DNA from: the human T2T-CHM13v2.0 reference genome, Homo sapiens
Assembly: GCF_009914755.1 (NCBI RefSeq)
Contig: NC_060936.1
Reading direction: 5' to 3' (one strand)
Length of the DNA: 64,000 bases
Part shown: in pieces, positions 1 to 15,344 of the stretch
Numbering within the stretch: the first letter of the stretch is position 1
Layout: each line of letters begins with the position of its first letter
Translations under genes and position numbers: made by a program
Notes under the pieces: model-generated
Database searches by the model: none
What the model was told of the DNA's origin: nothing
The model's input: only the letters and a program-made list of their open reading frames with translations

Positions 1-245
<245 letters not shown>

Positions 246-582
246 TTAAAAATTCTGACTAGATTATATTTACAGAAAAAGGTTCAACTGACAGTTACTG
301 CTCTTTCAGTTTGACAAGGTAATATCAAGGCAGAGTGATTAAATATCTGGTTTCCTGAATGAAGCCTTACAATGCTCAAAGTATCTGATATTAAATCCAG
401 AGAGAAAAGCAGAGGGGTGAAAAAGCAACAAAACACAGCAAATATAAGAAGCAGCAGACTAGACAAAAACTGTGACTTGTTTGCTTGTATGTGAAGCTGA
501 CAGGAATTAAGTAGACTAAAAAATTGAGTTTCTTAAAAAATTGTGCTTCTGAAAGAAATGCCAACCCAAACTAGGTCACACG

Positions 583-988
583 TGTCAAAGTATATTAAAA
601 TGGAGGCCAGGTCTGAAGAATCCCTAGGCAGACAAAGCCAGTTAGGTCTCATATGACCTTAAAACTGATTGATTTACAAAAGTAAGCAAAAATTAACTTG
701 AGCTATTTTTTATAAATGCCTATAGTAAAGAAAAACAGAACTTAAACTCAACCAATCAAAGACAGCCAACAGGATAGCCAAACATTTGATTGGTTAGCTA
801 TAAAGTTACCTTATTTCATCTGTCCTGTCTTTGCTTTTCTTCTTTGTCTGTCCTATAAAAGCATCCCCATCGCGTTCCCTCGGTAGAGCTCCGGAACCAC
901 CTCAGTTTGGAGCTTTCCAATTTATGAACCATCATTTGCAAATAAACTTTTAAAAAACTTTAGTGTGCCTTAGTTGACCTTATTAACA
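583..988 (+). mobile_element. Solo ERV1-class LTR (family not determined)
   Basis: TG...CA termini, internal TATAAA (~854) and AATAAA (~941), 4-bp TSD CACG/CATG (CpG decay). Confidence 0.7.
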
Positions 989-1006
989 CATGTTGAGCTA
1001 AAACCC

Positions 1007-1375
1007 TGTATTAGTCTGTTCTCATGTTGCTAATAAAGACATACACAAGACTAAGTAATTTATAAAGGAAAGAGGTTTAATGAACTCACAGTTCTACATG
1101 GCTGAGGAGGCCTCACAATCATGGTGGAAGACAAAGAAAGAGGAAAGGGACATCTTACGTGGCAGCAGACAAGAGAGAGTTTGCAAGGCAACTCCCCTTT
1201 ATAAAACCATCAGATCTCATGAGAATTACTTATTCATTATCATAAGAACAACATGGGAAAGACCCGCCCACGATTCAGTTGCCTCCCACTGAGTTCCTCC
1301 CCATGACACATGGGAATTACTCGGGAGCCACAATTCAAGATGAGATTTGGATGGGGACACAGAAAAACCATATCA
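1007..1375 (-). mobile_element. THE1 (MaLR) solo LTR
   Basis: TGTATTAGTCTGTTCTCATG...GGGGACACAGAAAAACCATATCA matches THE1; 5-bp TSD AACCC at 1002-1006 and 1376-1380. Confidence 0.9.
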
Positions 1376-1804
1376 AACCCTGTTCCAGAGATGCAGTTTA
1401 ACATATTATGAGACAAATGGGAGCTCACAGACAATATGAGAATCTCTTGAAGATTACACTTTTTTTCCTAGTTCTAAAATTACATCTTTTTTAATGAGAC
1501 TTATATTCTTCCCCCAACTCAGAACATTTCCTTGTCTTTAAGGGAGACCTGCCACAGATAGAGAACCATAGAAAATAACAGTAACAACCACATAAACTGT
1601 CATGTTAGCTATGAAAAGAGTTGGTGGAAGGAATGGGCTCTCACCAAGACAGTGAAAAATAGAGGTAGGTGGTAAACAAATATGCAAAAGGACCATTCAG
1701 AAACCCAAGCAAACTATCATTCTCCCCATTTTACTGGTGCTATAAATACCTGAAAAAAAGTGCCACAGAAATGGATTAGTGTTATCATCAACAAATATAT
1801 TTGA

Positions 1805-2236
<432 letters not shown>

Positions 2237-2859
2237 TTAAGTCAGTGATGAATTCCATAGTTAATACCACCATGAAAATGTCCTCCTCTATACCTGGCTT
2301 CTCTTCAGAGAGAAAAATTCCTAATTTTATAATTTTTTTTATTTTCAACTAAGGGATTAATACAATAATTAAGGGATTAAATATTTAATATTTATTGTTT
2401 CAGTACTTCTCTCTTGCTATGTCCATTAATTCCATTGCTCATTGTTAATTTGTTGTTAATTACATTAAAATCAGTTCTTCTGTAGGATCATGTCATATTG
2501 ATCTTTATGAAATCAGAGCAATCATTTTTCAAATGATTCAGCTGGCAATTTTCATACTAACAAATATTTTAGTTTTTTATAAGAGCCACAGGTGATAACT
2601 TTCCATATTCAAAAGAATACCCAGTGAAGTCTAGTGTTCTCAGATGCAGTTACGGACAGTTTTCCTTTCACTGTTTTCACTTGTTGCTTCACCCTAAACT
2701 TCAATTTATGTACACATTACAGTCCCCAATTAGGAGACTAACAGGATGTTGAAGAATGGCATTGGCAGGACATTTCTGAATTCAGTAGCAGGAATGAACT
2801 CAAAACCAGCAGTACTGAGTCAGTTCTTGTTCTCTTCTGACTGAATTCGTGTTCATGGA

Positions 2860-3523
2860 AATGTTTCTGCAAGACTGAGTGGTCACAGTGTCAGAAGGCT
2901 CCTCAGGTTTTGCCTCTTCACACATGTCCATTTCCCCTTTGACCTTCTGCCATGTCAAGATACAGCTGGAAAGCCCTCACCAGAAGCTGAGCAGATATCA
3001 GTGCCTGCTTTTGGAACTTCCCAGCCTGCAGAAACATTAGGTCTTTATAGATTGTCCAGCTTCAATATTATGCAGCCTTAAAAAGGAACAAGATCATGTC
3101 CTTTGCAGGGACATGGATGAAGCTGGAAGCCATTATCCTCAGCAAACTAATGCAGGAACAGAAAACCAAACACCACGTGTTCTCGCTTATAATTGGGAGG
3201 TGAACAATGAGATCACATGGACACAGGGAGGGGAACAACACTTAGCGGGCATGTTGGGGCAGGACGGGGGTGGGAGAGCATTAGAGAAAAGAGTTGATGC
3301 ATGCTGGGCTTAATATCTAGGTGATAGGTTGATAGGTGCAGCAAACCACCATGGCACACATTAACCTATGTAACAAACCTGCATATCCTGCACATGTACC
3401 CCAGAACTTAATAAATAAATAAATAATACATTTTTAAAAGATCCACATGATCAAAAATGCAAAAAAAAATAAATTATCCAACTTCAGGTATTCTTTTATA
3501 GCAACATAAAATGGACTAAGACA
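2860..3523 (+). mobile_element. MaLR (MST/MLT1A-like) LTR interrupted by an L1PA 3' end (~3066-3470)
   Basis: MaLR motifs CCCTCACCAGAAGCTGAGCAGAT and TATAGCAACATAAAATGGACTAAGACA; L1 3'UTR GGACATGGATGAAGCTGGAAGCCATTATCCTCAGCAAACT; degenerate TSD. Confidence 0.75.
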
Positions 3524-4946
3524 AAACTCTGTGGTGAAATCTCCAATTATTTGTAAGATGAAGTCGTAGAAATGGGTGAAGTCCAAAAAGCAGGTTATAA
3601 TCTATATAAACATTTAAGACTTTTATTAATATTGACAAAGTCCCCTACAAAATGCATGCACCAATGTAAGCTCTCACTAGCATTAAACGAGACTGCTCGT
3701 AACTTTGCACACATTATAATTCTATGTAACAATTTACAAAAGCAAAATGTGGCCAATTTGAAATGCAAAATAGAGCACTTGTTATTCATTTTACCATAGT
3801 ACTATACTAAACTTACGTTTTTGTTTAAATGTGAGGCTGAATTTTTTATATATGATAATCTGGTTTTTAAAATTATTTTTATCTTTTTTATAAAACAGTA
3901 AAAGTATTAAATTTTTTTCTACTGTTTATATTGCAAATAGACTTTAAAGTTTTTAATCTATTATTTACCTTTCTATATTTATTTTCTTGAGGCATTCAGA
4001 AATTCTTCCAGTCATGCTATTAAATGCATTCATTTTAAATGTACTCTGCCTTTAATATCATGTTTAAACATGTCTTCCCAACTTTCAAGATTACAAAACA
4101 ATTCTTGGTATTTTCTCTGTTTGATTGTTTACTTTTTCAATTCTATATTTAATCCTCTTATTTACTTTGGAAGAAGAAGTATGTTACACATTTGTCTTAT
4201 TTCAAATTGCAATATTGTTGTTACAATACTAATTATTGCAGGGTTAATTTTTCTTCACATATTTAAGATGGAAAAATCTATCTCACACAATATATTTGTA
4301 AACAAAAAAAGATATTTATAAACTCTATAATTTTTTTGTTGCACTGGAGTTTCCTCATTCTTTCATGATGTTATTCTATGCCACTCTTTAAAGAGAAGTG
4401 TTGGAGGACATGAAAGGTGAGAGGATAGACATGTAACTATTTGTTGGACACCTAACTTAGGATGGACAGATTATATTATTTTTATCAGCAAATGTGAACT
4501 CATCAGTCTTTTCCTTAATGACATGTGCTTCCTCAAATTAAAGGCAGTAGAGTCTTATTTTGATTTTCTTGTAAAAGTTTTAAAGAATTGTTTTCAAATC
4601 TAAAGTGATAGTACATCTAATGTAGTTTTTCTGTTTGTTGTGAGTTAGAAATACAATTTTGTCCCAATATTAAATGACAGAGGTCTCAATATCATTAGTT
4701 GAACAGTCTACGTTTTTTTTTTGTTGATTTCTAATGCCAAATCTATCACGTACGGAGGTTCCTATGTGATAAGAATAAACAATCTGGTCTCACCAGACCT
4801 GTCTTTAGTTTGATCTGCTGACCTATTACTTATTATATACATTTTATTTCTGTGTCACAACCTTCATTGTTTTGATTTTTTTAATAATTTTTTTGAGACA
4901 CGGTCTTGCTCTGTCTCAAAAAATATTAAAAAAATTTTTTTAATCT

Positions 4947-5221
4947 TTTTTTTTTTTTTCCTGACAGAGTCTTGCTCTGTAGCCCAGGCTGGAGTGGCTC
5001 AATTAAGGCTCACTTCAGCCTTGACCTCCTGGGCTCAAACAATCCTCCTGTTTGATTCTCTGTGTAGCTAAGACTACAGTTGCCACTATACCCAGCTACT
5101 TTTTTGATGCTTTTAGAGACAAGGTCTCACTGTGTTGCTCAAGTGGGTCTTGAATGCCTTAACTCAAGTGATCTTCCCATCTCAGCCTCCCAACATGCTG
5201 GGATTACAAGTATGAGCCACT
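4947..5221 (-). mobile_element. AluJ-like element within AT-rich, old L1M-like sequence
   Basis: T-tail, GACAGAGTCTTGCTCTGTAGCCCAGGCTGG...GCTGGGATTACAAGTATGAGCCAC. Confidence 0.8.
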
Positions 5222-6801
5222 AAATAAATAATTTAAATAAGTCTTGCTATCTACTGGATACCCCTACCTTAATTTTCTTTTTCAAGAATTGTCTGAATTA
5301 TTTTTGAATACTTAATTCATGTGTAATTTAGGACTGTTTTGTCAATTTGAAAATAAATTTCTTTAAGATTCTGGTTAGAATTATATTGAATATGTGAATT
5401 AATTTGAGCATAATCAATGTCTTTGAAAATTAATTTTTGCATATCTATATAGTTCAAATCCTTCACTAAAGTATTATAGTTATGTAATTTCACAATATAT
5501 AACATCATGAAACACTTTTCTGAGACTTAGTCATAATCAAAATATAGTTCTTATTTGTAATAAGAAAGGGAATTTTTTTAATTCCACATTTTAATGGACC
5601 AGTGCTGGTGAATAGGTGTAATTTTAGCCCATATATATTGATATTGTACTCAGCAAGCTTATCAAATTTGTGTTATTTCAAAAGTTTTCCTGTTGATTTT
5701 TAAATTATCTAGGTGGAATTACTACTATTAGTATATAATTTCTTTAAATTTCCATCCAAATTTCTATGTAACAATATTTTTGTCAAAGTGTATTAGTTAA
5801 ATGACCTAACGAAATTGTCAATAAACAAGTATCTTTGTCTTAATCTTGATTAAATGAAAAGCTCTATGTTACACTAATAACTATGCTTCTGTATTTGTTT
5901 AGTAGACATACAAGTTATTAAATGTTGCTTCTATTTAAACTTGGTTTGGGTATTTATCTTGATTAGGAGTTAAATTAGATTAAACATTTTTGCAACATCT
6001 GTTGAGATAATTTTATGTAAATTAAAATTATTTACTTTCTAGTTTTAAATTATCTTCAAATTCTTAGAATGAATCTTTTCATTTGTAATATATTTTAAGT
6101 ATATATTATGAGACTAATTTACTTTTACACTTTTTTTTAGCAGTTTTGTGCCTGTATCTAATTGCCTACCTTCTCATTATTTGCTGTCCTCTACTGTTTT
6201 TACTCACTTTGAGAATAATTTTTTAACTTCTTAAAATAAATGAGAATAAAACATTTAGGTTCACTGAAGTAGTTTGGAGAAGGTAAAAATTATGACATTT
6301 TTAAACTTAGTAAAAGTTTTTTATAAATCCATCTGAATTTGATATCTTGTGTATATTTTGATAGTCCATTCAAAATCTTTGAAATTGTTGATTTATTAAA
6401 GTTTTTTACTACTAATATAAATTTTTGTTAACCTATGCTTTTTAAAAACTTGGCAATTTCAACTGAGTTTTTAAATTTTGGAATAAAATTATTTAGAACT
6501 TTGATTATATAAAGCTCTGCTATTTAGTATTTTCTACATTTCATCAATTTTTCTGCTTCTCGTATTTCTTGATCAGTACCATCAGACTTTTGAATTTCCT
6601 AATCTTTAAAAGATTTTGGTTGTACTACCATTGTCTATTATATTTTGATTTTCTATTTATTTATTCATTCATTTATTTATTTACTACTTTGATTTTGGTT
6701 GACATCCAAAAGCATAATTACTGCCCTTCAGACAAATTCTAACTTTTCCTTTTGCTGAGTCTATGACTTGGGAAATTTACTTAACCTTGCTATCCCTTGG
6801 A

Positions 6802-7101
6802 TTTTTGTTTGTTTAGTTTTTGAGACAAGGTCTCACGCTGTCACCCGGGGCTGGAGTGCAGTGGTGCGATCTTGGCTCACTGTAGTTTTGACCTCGCAGG
6901 CTCAAGTGATCCTTCCACCTCAGCCTCCCTAGTAGCTGGGACTACAAAGGTGCACCACCATACCCGGCTAATTTTTGTATTGTTTGTAGAGGGCAGTGGG
7001 GTCTCACCATATTGCCCAGGCTTGTCTCGAACTCCTGAACTCAAGCATCCACCTGTCTTGACCTCCCAATGTTCGGGGATTACAGGCAGGTGCCACAGCA
7101 C
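6802..7101 (-). mobile_element. AluJ-like element
   Basis: GAGACAAGGTCTCACGCTGTCACCC...GCTCAAGTGATCCTTCCACCTCAGCC. Confidence 0.85.
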
Positions 7102-7862
7102 CCTGTCATGCCTCTGATTCTTTAAAAACCAAAGGGAATGAGACTGTTTTTAGGAATAAATATAAAATAAATAGCACACCTAAACCACCTAGAACAGTAC
7201 CATGTACTAAGTAAGCGCAAGGTACATATTAGCTCCTTCTTAACTTATTCACCCTTCTTTAAATTTTTCTGTTGTTCATTTTTCTTAACTGAAGGTGAAT
7301 ATGTGCCTCATTCATCTGGAAAACTTTTTTATAAAGCATGTACTAATGGATATCGATTCTTAGCTTTAGCTGGTTTTTTCATTTTGATTGTGAAAAGCTT
7401 TTTCGTTGCTGAGTTCTAAACATTTATCTTTTATGTAGAAATGTTCATCTTTTTCTCAGTTATAGAGAATAGTTCAATTTTCAAACTTTTTTGATTGATT
7501 TAACATTTTACTACTTTACATTCTACGTAATACTTATTCCATGGAATCTGTTCTTTGTTATAGTGTACATGGTTTAGGTGTGTAAATGTTTCATGTGTAT
7601 TTGAATGTTTGTGTCCAGATTTCTGTCAAGTACAGATTTCTACATAAAAGTATTGAATTAATTTTTGCTAATTGCATTCTTAAAATATTCCATATCATTC
7701 TTTCTTCTGCTTGATATGGCAGTTTATTAAGTGTGTCTTACATTCTTATTATTTGTGGATTCTTCAGTTTCTGTTTGTGAGGCTTCTGCTTTATCTATTT
7801 ACGTAATGCATTGTTAGGTATGTCCAAATTCATGATTATTGCATCTTTTCCATGAATTTTTT

Positions 7863-8498
<636 letters not shown>

Positions 8499-9029
8499 TA
8501 ATCACCTGTCTTTAACTGTTACTGTTGTTTACTTTAAATGTTATGTGATTATTAGTTATAATTCAGTTAAATATGACAAATATAAACAAGCAATTGAATA
8601 TATGCATGTGGAAGAGCATCTATCTTTCACATAACTAAAAAATACATAGGAAAGTTTTTGTGGCACAAATTGTCCAAGGGAATAGTGTGATTCTATCACC
8701 AACAAATGATAGGATAATAGACATTAGGCATAAGTAGCAGTTACTGTGCTCATTAGTTAGTGGTAGATTCTACCCATTTATTTTCTGTCACTGTGGTTTT
8801 CTGCTTTAGGTATGCCTCTTGAAAGCAGAACATAGTCGTGTTTTGTTTTCTTATTTATTCTCTGTCTTTTGATAGATCAAGCAAATTTATTTAAATTCAT
8901 GAACATTTCTGATAACATTGAACTTGCTTTTACTGTCTTATTAAAATTTTGCTAGTTATCACTCTCTTTTCACTCTTTTTTTGCTTTGAGATTAAAGTGA
9001 TAAGTTCTTTTTATTCATTTCTCCATCTG

Positions 9030-9326
9030 TTTTTTTTTTTTTTTTTTTTTTTTGAGACGGAGTCTCGCTCTGTCGCCCAGGCTGGAGTGCGATCTCAGCT
9101 CACGGCAAGCTCCGCCTCCTGGGTTCACGCCATTCTCCTGCCTCAGCCTCCCGAGTAGCTGGGACTACAGGCGCCTGCCACCACGCCCAGCTAATTTTTT
9201 GTATTTTTAATAGAGACGGGGTTTCACCGTGTTAGCCAGGATGGTCTCCATCTCCTGACCTCATGATCCACCCGCCTCGGCCTCCCAAAGTGCTGGGATT
9301 ACAGGCGTGAGACACGGAGCCCAGCC
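9030..9326 (-). mobile_element. AluY
   Basis: AluY diagnostics; 14-bp TSD TCATTTCTCCATCT at 9015-9028 and 9327-9340; small internal deletion near 9090. Confidence 0.92.
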
Positions 9327-9565
9327 TCATTTCTCCATCTATTCTAAGTTTCTATTTTTATATAACAAATCATTCCCCAAATTGCAGGCTTAAAACAGCA
9401 GTTTATTACTTTTTTCCTCACGATTCTGTGAATTGCCTGGACTTAGTGGATAGTCTCTCATTGTGGTATTTCATGTAGTTGCCATCAGATAAGGGATGGG
9501 ACCACAGTCATCTGAAGGCTCAAATGGGATGAACATCTACAATGATCCAACTCAATGGCTGACAT

Positions 9566-10098
9566 AGGGAGGATTCCCTCTTTTTCTACTGATTGGAATA
9601 GTTTCAGAAGGAATGGTACCAGCTCCTCCTTGTAACTCTGGTAGAATTCGGCTGTGATTCCGTCTGGTCCTGGACTTTTTTTGGTTGGTAGGCTATTAAT
9701 TATTGCCTCAATTTCAGAGCCTGTTAGTGGTATACTCAGGGATTCAAATTCTTCCTGGTTTAGTCTTGGGAGGGTGTATGTGTCGAGGAATGTATCCATT
9801 TCTTCTAGATTTTCTAGTTTATTTGCATAGAGGTGTTTATAGTTTTCTCTGATGGTAGTTTGTATTTCTGTGGAATCAGTGGTGATATCCCCTTTATCAT
9901 TTTTTGGGGGGTCTATTTGATTTTTCTCTCTTTTCTTCTTTATTAGTCTTGCTACTGGTCTATCAATTTTGTTGATCTTTTCAAAAAAACCAACTCCTGG
10001 ATTCATGGATTTCTTGAAGGGTGTTTTGTGTCTCTATCTCCTTCAATTCTGCTCTGATCTTAGTTGTTTCTTGCTGTCTGCTAGCTTTTGAATGTGTT
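9566..10098 (-). mobile_element. Internal ORF2 fragment of a young L1PA
   Basis: ORF 9485-10006 translates to L1 ORF2p ([11 protein letters not shown]...[28 protein letters not shown]); no 3'UTR or polyA. Confidence 0.9.
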
Positions 10099-10099
10099 G

Positions 10100-10320
10100 G
10101 AGAGCAGTTTCTCATAAAAGCTTGTGGATTCAACTGTAAAAGTGGCAATCCACTCTGACTCCCCTCTCCACTGCAGAGAGCTTTCTTCTTTCACTTATTA
10201 AACTTTTGCTCCAACCTCACCCTTTTGTGTCCACACTCCTTAATTTTCTTGGTCATGAGACCATGAGCTCAGATAACACCTTAGTAATAATATCAATGAC
10301 CCGGACCTGTTTTGGTAACA
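10100..10320 (+). mobile_element. 3' part of an ERV1-like LTR
   Basis: ATTAAACTTTTGCTCCAACCTCACCC...TCCTTAATTTTCTTGGTCATGAGAC resembles an ERV1 LTR R/U5 region. Confidence 0.55.
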
Positions 10321-13300
10321 CCAGCTCTGGGGCCAGGACACAGGGGCACTCTCAGGCAGAAGACTGAAATCTGTGCAAGTGGTATACAAATTTATCCCTT
10401 CATACACAAATCTCAGGCCAGTCTCTCTCTTGGACTTCTAAAATTTTACATTCATTGTGATGAGAATCAACATTTTTGGTTCATTTCAAAGGACAGGCTC
10501 AAGTTTTGCCAATGCTAATATGGCTCAGCAGAAAAATGCATGTGGCTTGTATTAAGAAAGCACATAAAGGATCTACATTGACTGGGTTTTCATAATCACA
10601 AAAAACGAATAAATTTGTATGAGTATCTTTATATGAAGGCAAGGAGGAAAACAGGTGAATGGAAGCCTACGTAAATGTGCTTATGATTTAAAACAAACTT
10701 ATTTCCTCAGGAAAAATATATTTTTCACCTCACCTGTTAAAGTCTTAGGAAAGCTTAACCTTGATAATCTCCTAATAACAGAACTTATGTTTCTTTTCTG
10801 AACCTCATTCCTTCTCATATTGTAATAATGAAATGAATAAATGAATAGCAAGTGAGTAGTGGTGCACACTAAACTCTGAGTACTGACTGCCTTCTATTCC
10901 ACTTAATACCTTTATAAGAACATTGTTATGTACCTAAGTCATGTCATCTATAAAACTAAGGTAATGATAACAATCATATGTCCCTAATATAATGGTTTTG
11001 ATGATTAAGTGGAACATAGTAAATGTTTAAAAATGTTTTCTATTATAACCAATTTGGCTAGGATAGGTGGAAAGAATAGAAATATGATAATTAATTGTGA
11101 AATGTATAATATATATTAATAGGTCATCAACATCAAATTAAAAAATATAGATGATTACCATGATAGTGAAACCAAAGTTTTTAGACAAGTCAAAGCAAAG
11201 TTGAAGTCTCAGAGACCATTGTGTTTATTTGCTAACTGTATTATCAGACTGCTTAGTTGATACAGTGAATACAATAATTCTTCCAATGTACATAAACTGC
11301 CAGACAAGCAACTCAATGCAATTCACTCACTCTCGGAGAAGTTTATCCCCTCTGCCAATGTTCATCTTTCCTGGCAAACCATCCTTCAGTATTCCAGGCA
11401 AACTAGAGCAAGGTGAAGTTGAAGAAGATCCTACTTTATATTCCATTCAGAGAGCTTCCGGGTCTTCAAAAAAGATTTAGTCATGTGGGTGTGAAAGAGC
11501 TGAGTCATGAAATTTGGACCTTATTATAAGTCCAGAAGGAAAAACAAGGGGTTTGAAGCACAAGGGTGATATGATCTAATTTCTACTTTTAAATGATCAC
11601 TCTGATTGTCGTGAGGGAACTGATATGGGATGTACTGGGGGAAGAATGTTACCAGGACCAGGTCGAGGCTGTTAAAGACCTCCAGGAGAGAGCATTGTGG
11701 GCTGAACAACAAGCTTCTAGTAAAGATCATGCAAGTGGACACATTTGAGATGTATTTTGAAGGTGGAAGAAATTAGATAAGCTAATGGGTAGTGCCTGGA
11801 GGGAGTGAGGATTTTTGAACCACTAGGTAAACACCTGTGAGTAACAGAGAAAAAGTTGGGATGTGTTATGAAAGATGAATCCTAAAATTTCATATGTTGA
11901 AGACTGATGCTTCAGGACCTCAGAATGTGAACATCCATAGTAGAAGGGAATTGTGTTGTTGACGGCTGCCACCCACTCTAGGTGCCCAAGCTCCTGCAGC
12001 AGTCCTACTTCTCCCTTTCACCCACACTCACTCCCAGACAGTGTCCCTTTCAGCTCTTCCATCACCCCTTCTTTTGATTTGGCTGGTGAGAGCATAGCTG
12101 GTATTTATACTTTCTTGATATGCTAGTCTCTTTTGCTGATTGTTGACATTGGAGAAGGTCATGGAAGGGACCTGAGCTGAGCAACCTTTAGGAGCATTTC
12201 CTGTTCTTTTCCTGTACTCTGCTGCCAAGGAGAAATCTGTCTTTCACCAGGCTTGCAGCTTTCTCCGTTACCCACATCATCAGGCAATATCTGTCTGGCA
12301 CCCCTCTTTGTTCCCTTTCTCTGGCCTTCCTTTTTGACATGATGGTTGACCTGAAATCACCAAGGCAGGACTGCTCATCTCCAGGTCTAATGGAAAACAG
12401 TATCTGGTGAAACCAAAGAAAATAATCCCAGTAACCCATTGGGAGCTGCTTGGCTTAAGCACCTACCCTGTGCCTAAGATACAACCCATCAAGCCCAGCT
12501 AAAACTGATCCAGTTTCCACAGGGCCAGAGAAGAATTGCCAATTAAGAATGCATTCCCACTTCAAATATGTCTATATTTATTTCAGGGAAAATATCAGTC
12601 TGCCTGGGTCCCTTATGAGAACATTGTTGTCTGTAGAAAAATCTAATCTATTAGGAAGCCTTCTTGTTTTGTTATCTGCAACTCTTCAGAAGGGCCAGAC
12701 CAGACCCTCGTATGCACAGTACAGGATCCACCCATGCACATCTGTCTAGGGCCTTGTCTTTATGATTTTCTGTCACATGGCCTCTCAGCCATGCCTCCAA
12801 CCAAGCTATCCTCAAATAAACACTAGCCGTGCACAAAAAGTGAAAAATTACACAAGGCCTACACAAGGTCTGAAATGGAAAGTGCAGCTGGTGATACCGA
12901 GTAGTATATTTTATGAATTGAGGAACAGGGAATTTCTAGGTATCACAGAGCAATCAGCAGCTGAGAAGAGGAGTACCAATCCAGGACCCTGGAAGGATTT
13001 TTCAGAAACTTAATAGTTTATTGTCCAATTGTAGAGACAAAAATGAAAATAAAGATAGTGAGGAGTACCATACACCATTGCTTAGAAGATTAAATAAATG
13101 TCATCTCCCACAAGTCATGTGGGGAGAAAAAAACTATATAGGAAGAAAATTACAAACGACAAGGTAGTCTCAGCATATAAAATATCAACAAATGAATGTA
13201 AGAAAGAGAATGAGAAAGAATTAGTATTAGAATATCATAGAAAAAATCATCTTTGTGAAAGAAAACTCTGATGAAACTGGTGACATAAATACTGAGTAAA

Positions 13301-14248
13301 AAACAGAAGACCAATCAAGGCATTTGAGGCTTGAACAGGCATTACAAATCATCAAGTTGAATATATAAGTATGGCCACTTAGTTATTAGTGGTGAAGACT
13401 ACGGTATTTGTTAGAAGAAATAAAGTAGATGATGAATTCTATAGAATATTCTGGAGAAAGTGGAGGTCTTAGCTACATGACATCGTGTGGCTCACTTTGG
13501 GAACCATGTTTCAGTTTGTTTAGGTCTAGAAATTCCTTGGTGGTTTCTGTGTTCAGTTTTGCTTTAATAATCCCTAAAGATATTTTTTAAAATACAAATT
13601 TTTTAGCTTTCCTGTATTGTACAGCACCAACGCTTGCCTGAGTGTAGTGAGATTCACAGAGTTTGGAAATTTCCTGTAGCATGAGGAGGCTGCGGGGCAG
13701 CCTTCTGTCATCTATGTGTACCCAGCAGTGTGCTGTCCTCACACAACTCACGGATAAGCAGAAAGCATCTCTATTACATGAAAAATTTAGCTAAATATAC
13801 AAATATCCATGCACACACATCATGAGAGATGGAAATAGGCTATCAAAAGAGTCAGACATATTGACCGTCTTCACTGTTAGCTGTAGGATTGCTGCCCAAC
13901 CCCCTGACACACCCACACAAACTCACATACACAGAAATGAAAAGCACAGTGGAAAGCAGAATAGCAGTCTTTCCAAACAGATTGAAAAACAAATGATGTC
14001 TAAAGTTCAATCCTGACACTGTGCTGATTGCTTGGACACAGTTCCGTCAAAACATTTGTCCAAGTCATAGTTGTACCTTTTAGAAATTAGCCACAAACAA
14101 CATCCTCCCCAACCCTTCCTGCTAGGCTAGAGTCCCAGAATAAATGAGGGATACACTTGACCTGAAGTAAGCAAAGCAGAACCCAGTCTCTGAGGCGAGG
14201 AGGCCCACCTGGTAGGGAGCTCAAATGCGCCATTGTCCTGCTTGTCTT

Positions 14249-14254
14249 TATAAA
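14249..14254 (+). promoter_or_regulatory. PRH2: PRH2 TATA box
   Basis: TATAAA 65 bp upstream of the ATG at 14314; start site expected ~14277-14281. Confidence 0.8.
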
Positions 14255-14313
14255 GGGAGCTGACACGTTTCTCCCAGCATAAAGTTGGGAGTGACACCAG
14301 AGCCTTCTGCAAG

Positions 14314-14377
14314 ATGCTTCTGATTCTGCTGTCAGTGGCCCTGCTGGCCTTCAGCTCAGCTCAGGACTTAGATGAAG
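14314..14377 (+). CDS. PRH2: PRH2 exon 1 coding part (signal peptide MLLILLSVALLAFSSA + QDLDE)
   Basis: ATG at 14314; donor GAAG|GTAAG at 14377/14378 (phase 1). Confidence 0.95.
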
Positions 14378-15308
14378 GTAAGCCGAATTGGGGGAAGATA
14401 TTGTGACTCTGATTGGGGTTTACGGGCGAATGCTATAGAGGGGGAAAGTGGAGGGAAGAGAGGAGGATGAGAAAACAGATAGGACTGAAGAGTTCTCATG
14501 CCAAGGATCAGAAGACCTGTTGTGCCTTCATTCCTCATCAAGACCTCATAATTTATTGATTGCACAAATAGAACCCAATAAAGAATTTGTACCGGGGGAG
14601 TGAGAGAGTGAGATTTGCATTTATAGAGACATGGGACTGCTGGGAAGGATATGGAGAATGCAAGACAGATTCAGGGAAGTGCAGCTGTGAAGATCCTATA
14701 CTGATCCCAGTAGACAGGGATGATGGTGGCCTTGCTGGACAGTGGATGAGTATCCATGAAGGAGATAAACACATGTCAGAGCTATTGCTGAGGCAGAGAA
14801 TTGGGTAAACACTTGCCTCTGTCTACATAGAGTTAGAGAATCACCAGAGTGGAATATTGTCATTTTTTTCTCTCCTGCATGTAGTATTTTAATGTGCTGG
14901 GACGGGCATTTGTAAGATTGTATCTAAGTGGCTATGTCTGGTGGCTCCTGTTGAGAAAGCTTGCAAACATAAACAACATATTTACAGATGAAAGAGGGCA
15001 GAAGGATCCCCAAATATTTCATTGAAATACTCAAGAGCCCTTTAACTAAATAAGCACTAAGGCTTAAGGAATCATGAGAGGACAAACAGGGGCCCTTCTA
15101 TGTTGAGTTCCTGGTTGACGCTCAGTGTAGTAACAATCCTGCTTTCCCTTACATCTTCTTCCACTTCCGGTAGCATCAGAGAGTGGCTGATGAGATCTCA
15201 AAGGGGATGCACAGGGTGTGATCAGAGGTCCTTTATCCTCGTAGAACACTATGAGCTCTGAATGATTCATGCAGTAACTTTTCCCATCATCCTGTACTTC
15301 TTTTCTAG

Positions 15309-15344
15309 ATGTCAGCCAAGAAGACGTTCCCTTGGTAATATCAG
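15309..15344 (+). CDS. PRH2: PRH2 exon 2 (36 nt, DVSQEDVPLVIS)
   Basis: Acceptor TTTTCTAG|AT and donor CAG|GTAAAT; encodes the Ser8 S-x-E phosphosite region. Confidence 0.95.

Noticed and set aside
11865-13030. LTR/ERV-internal-like sequence upstream of PRH2
   Set aside because: Could not assign family or boundaries by eye.
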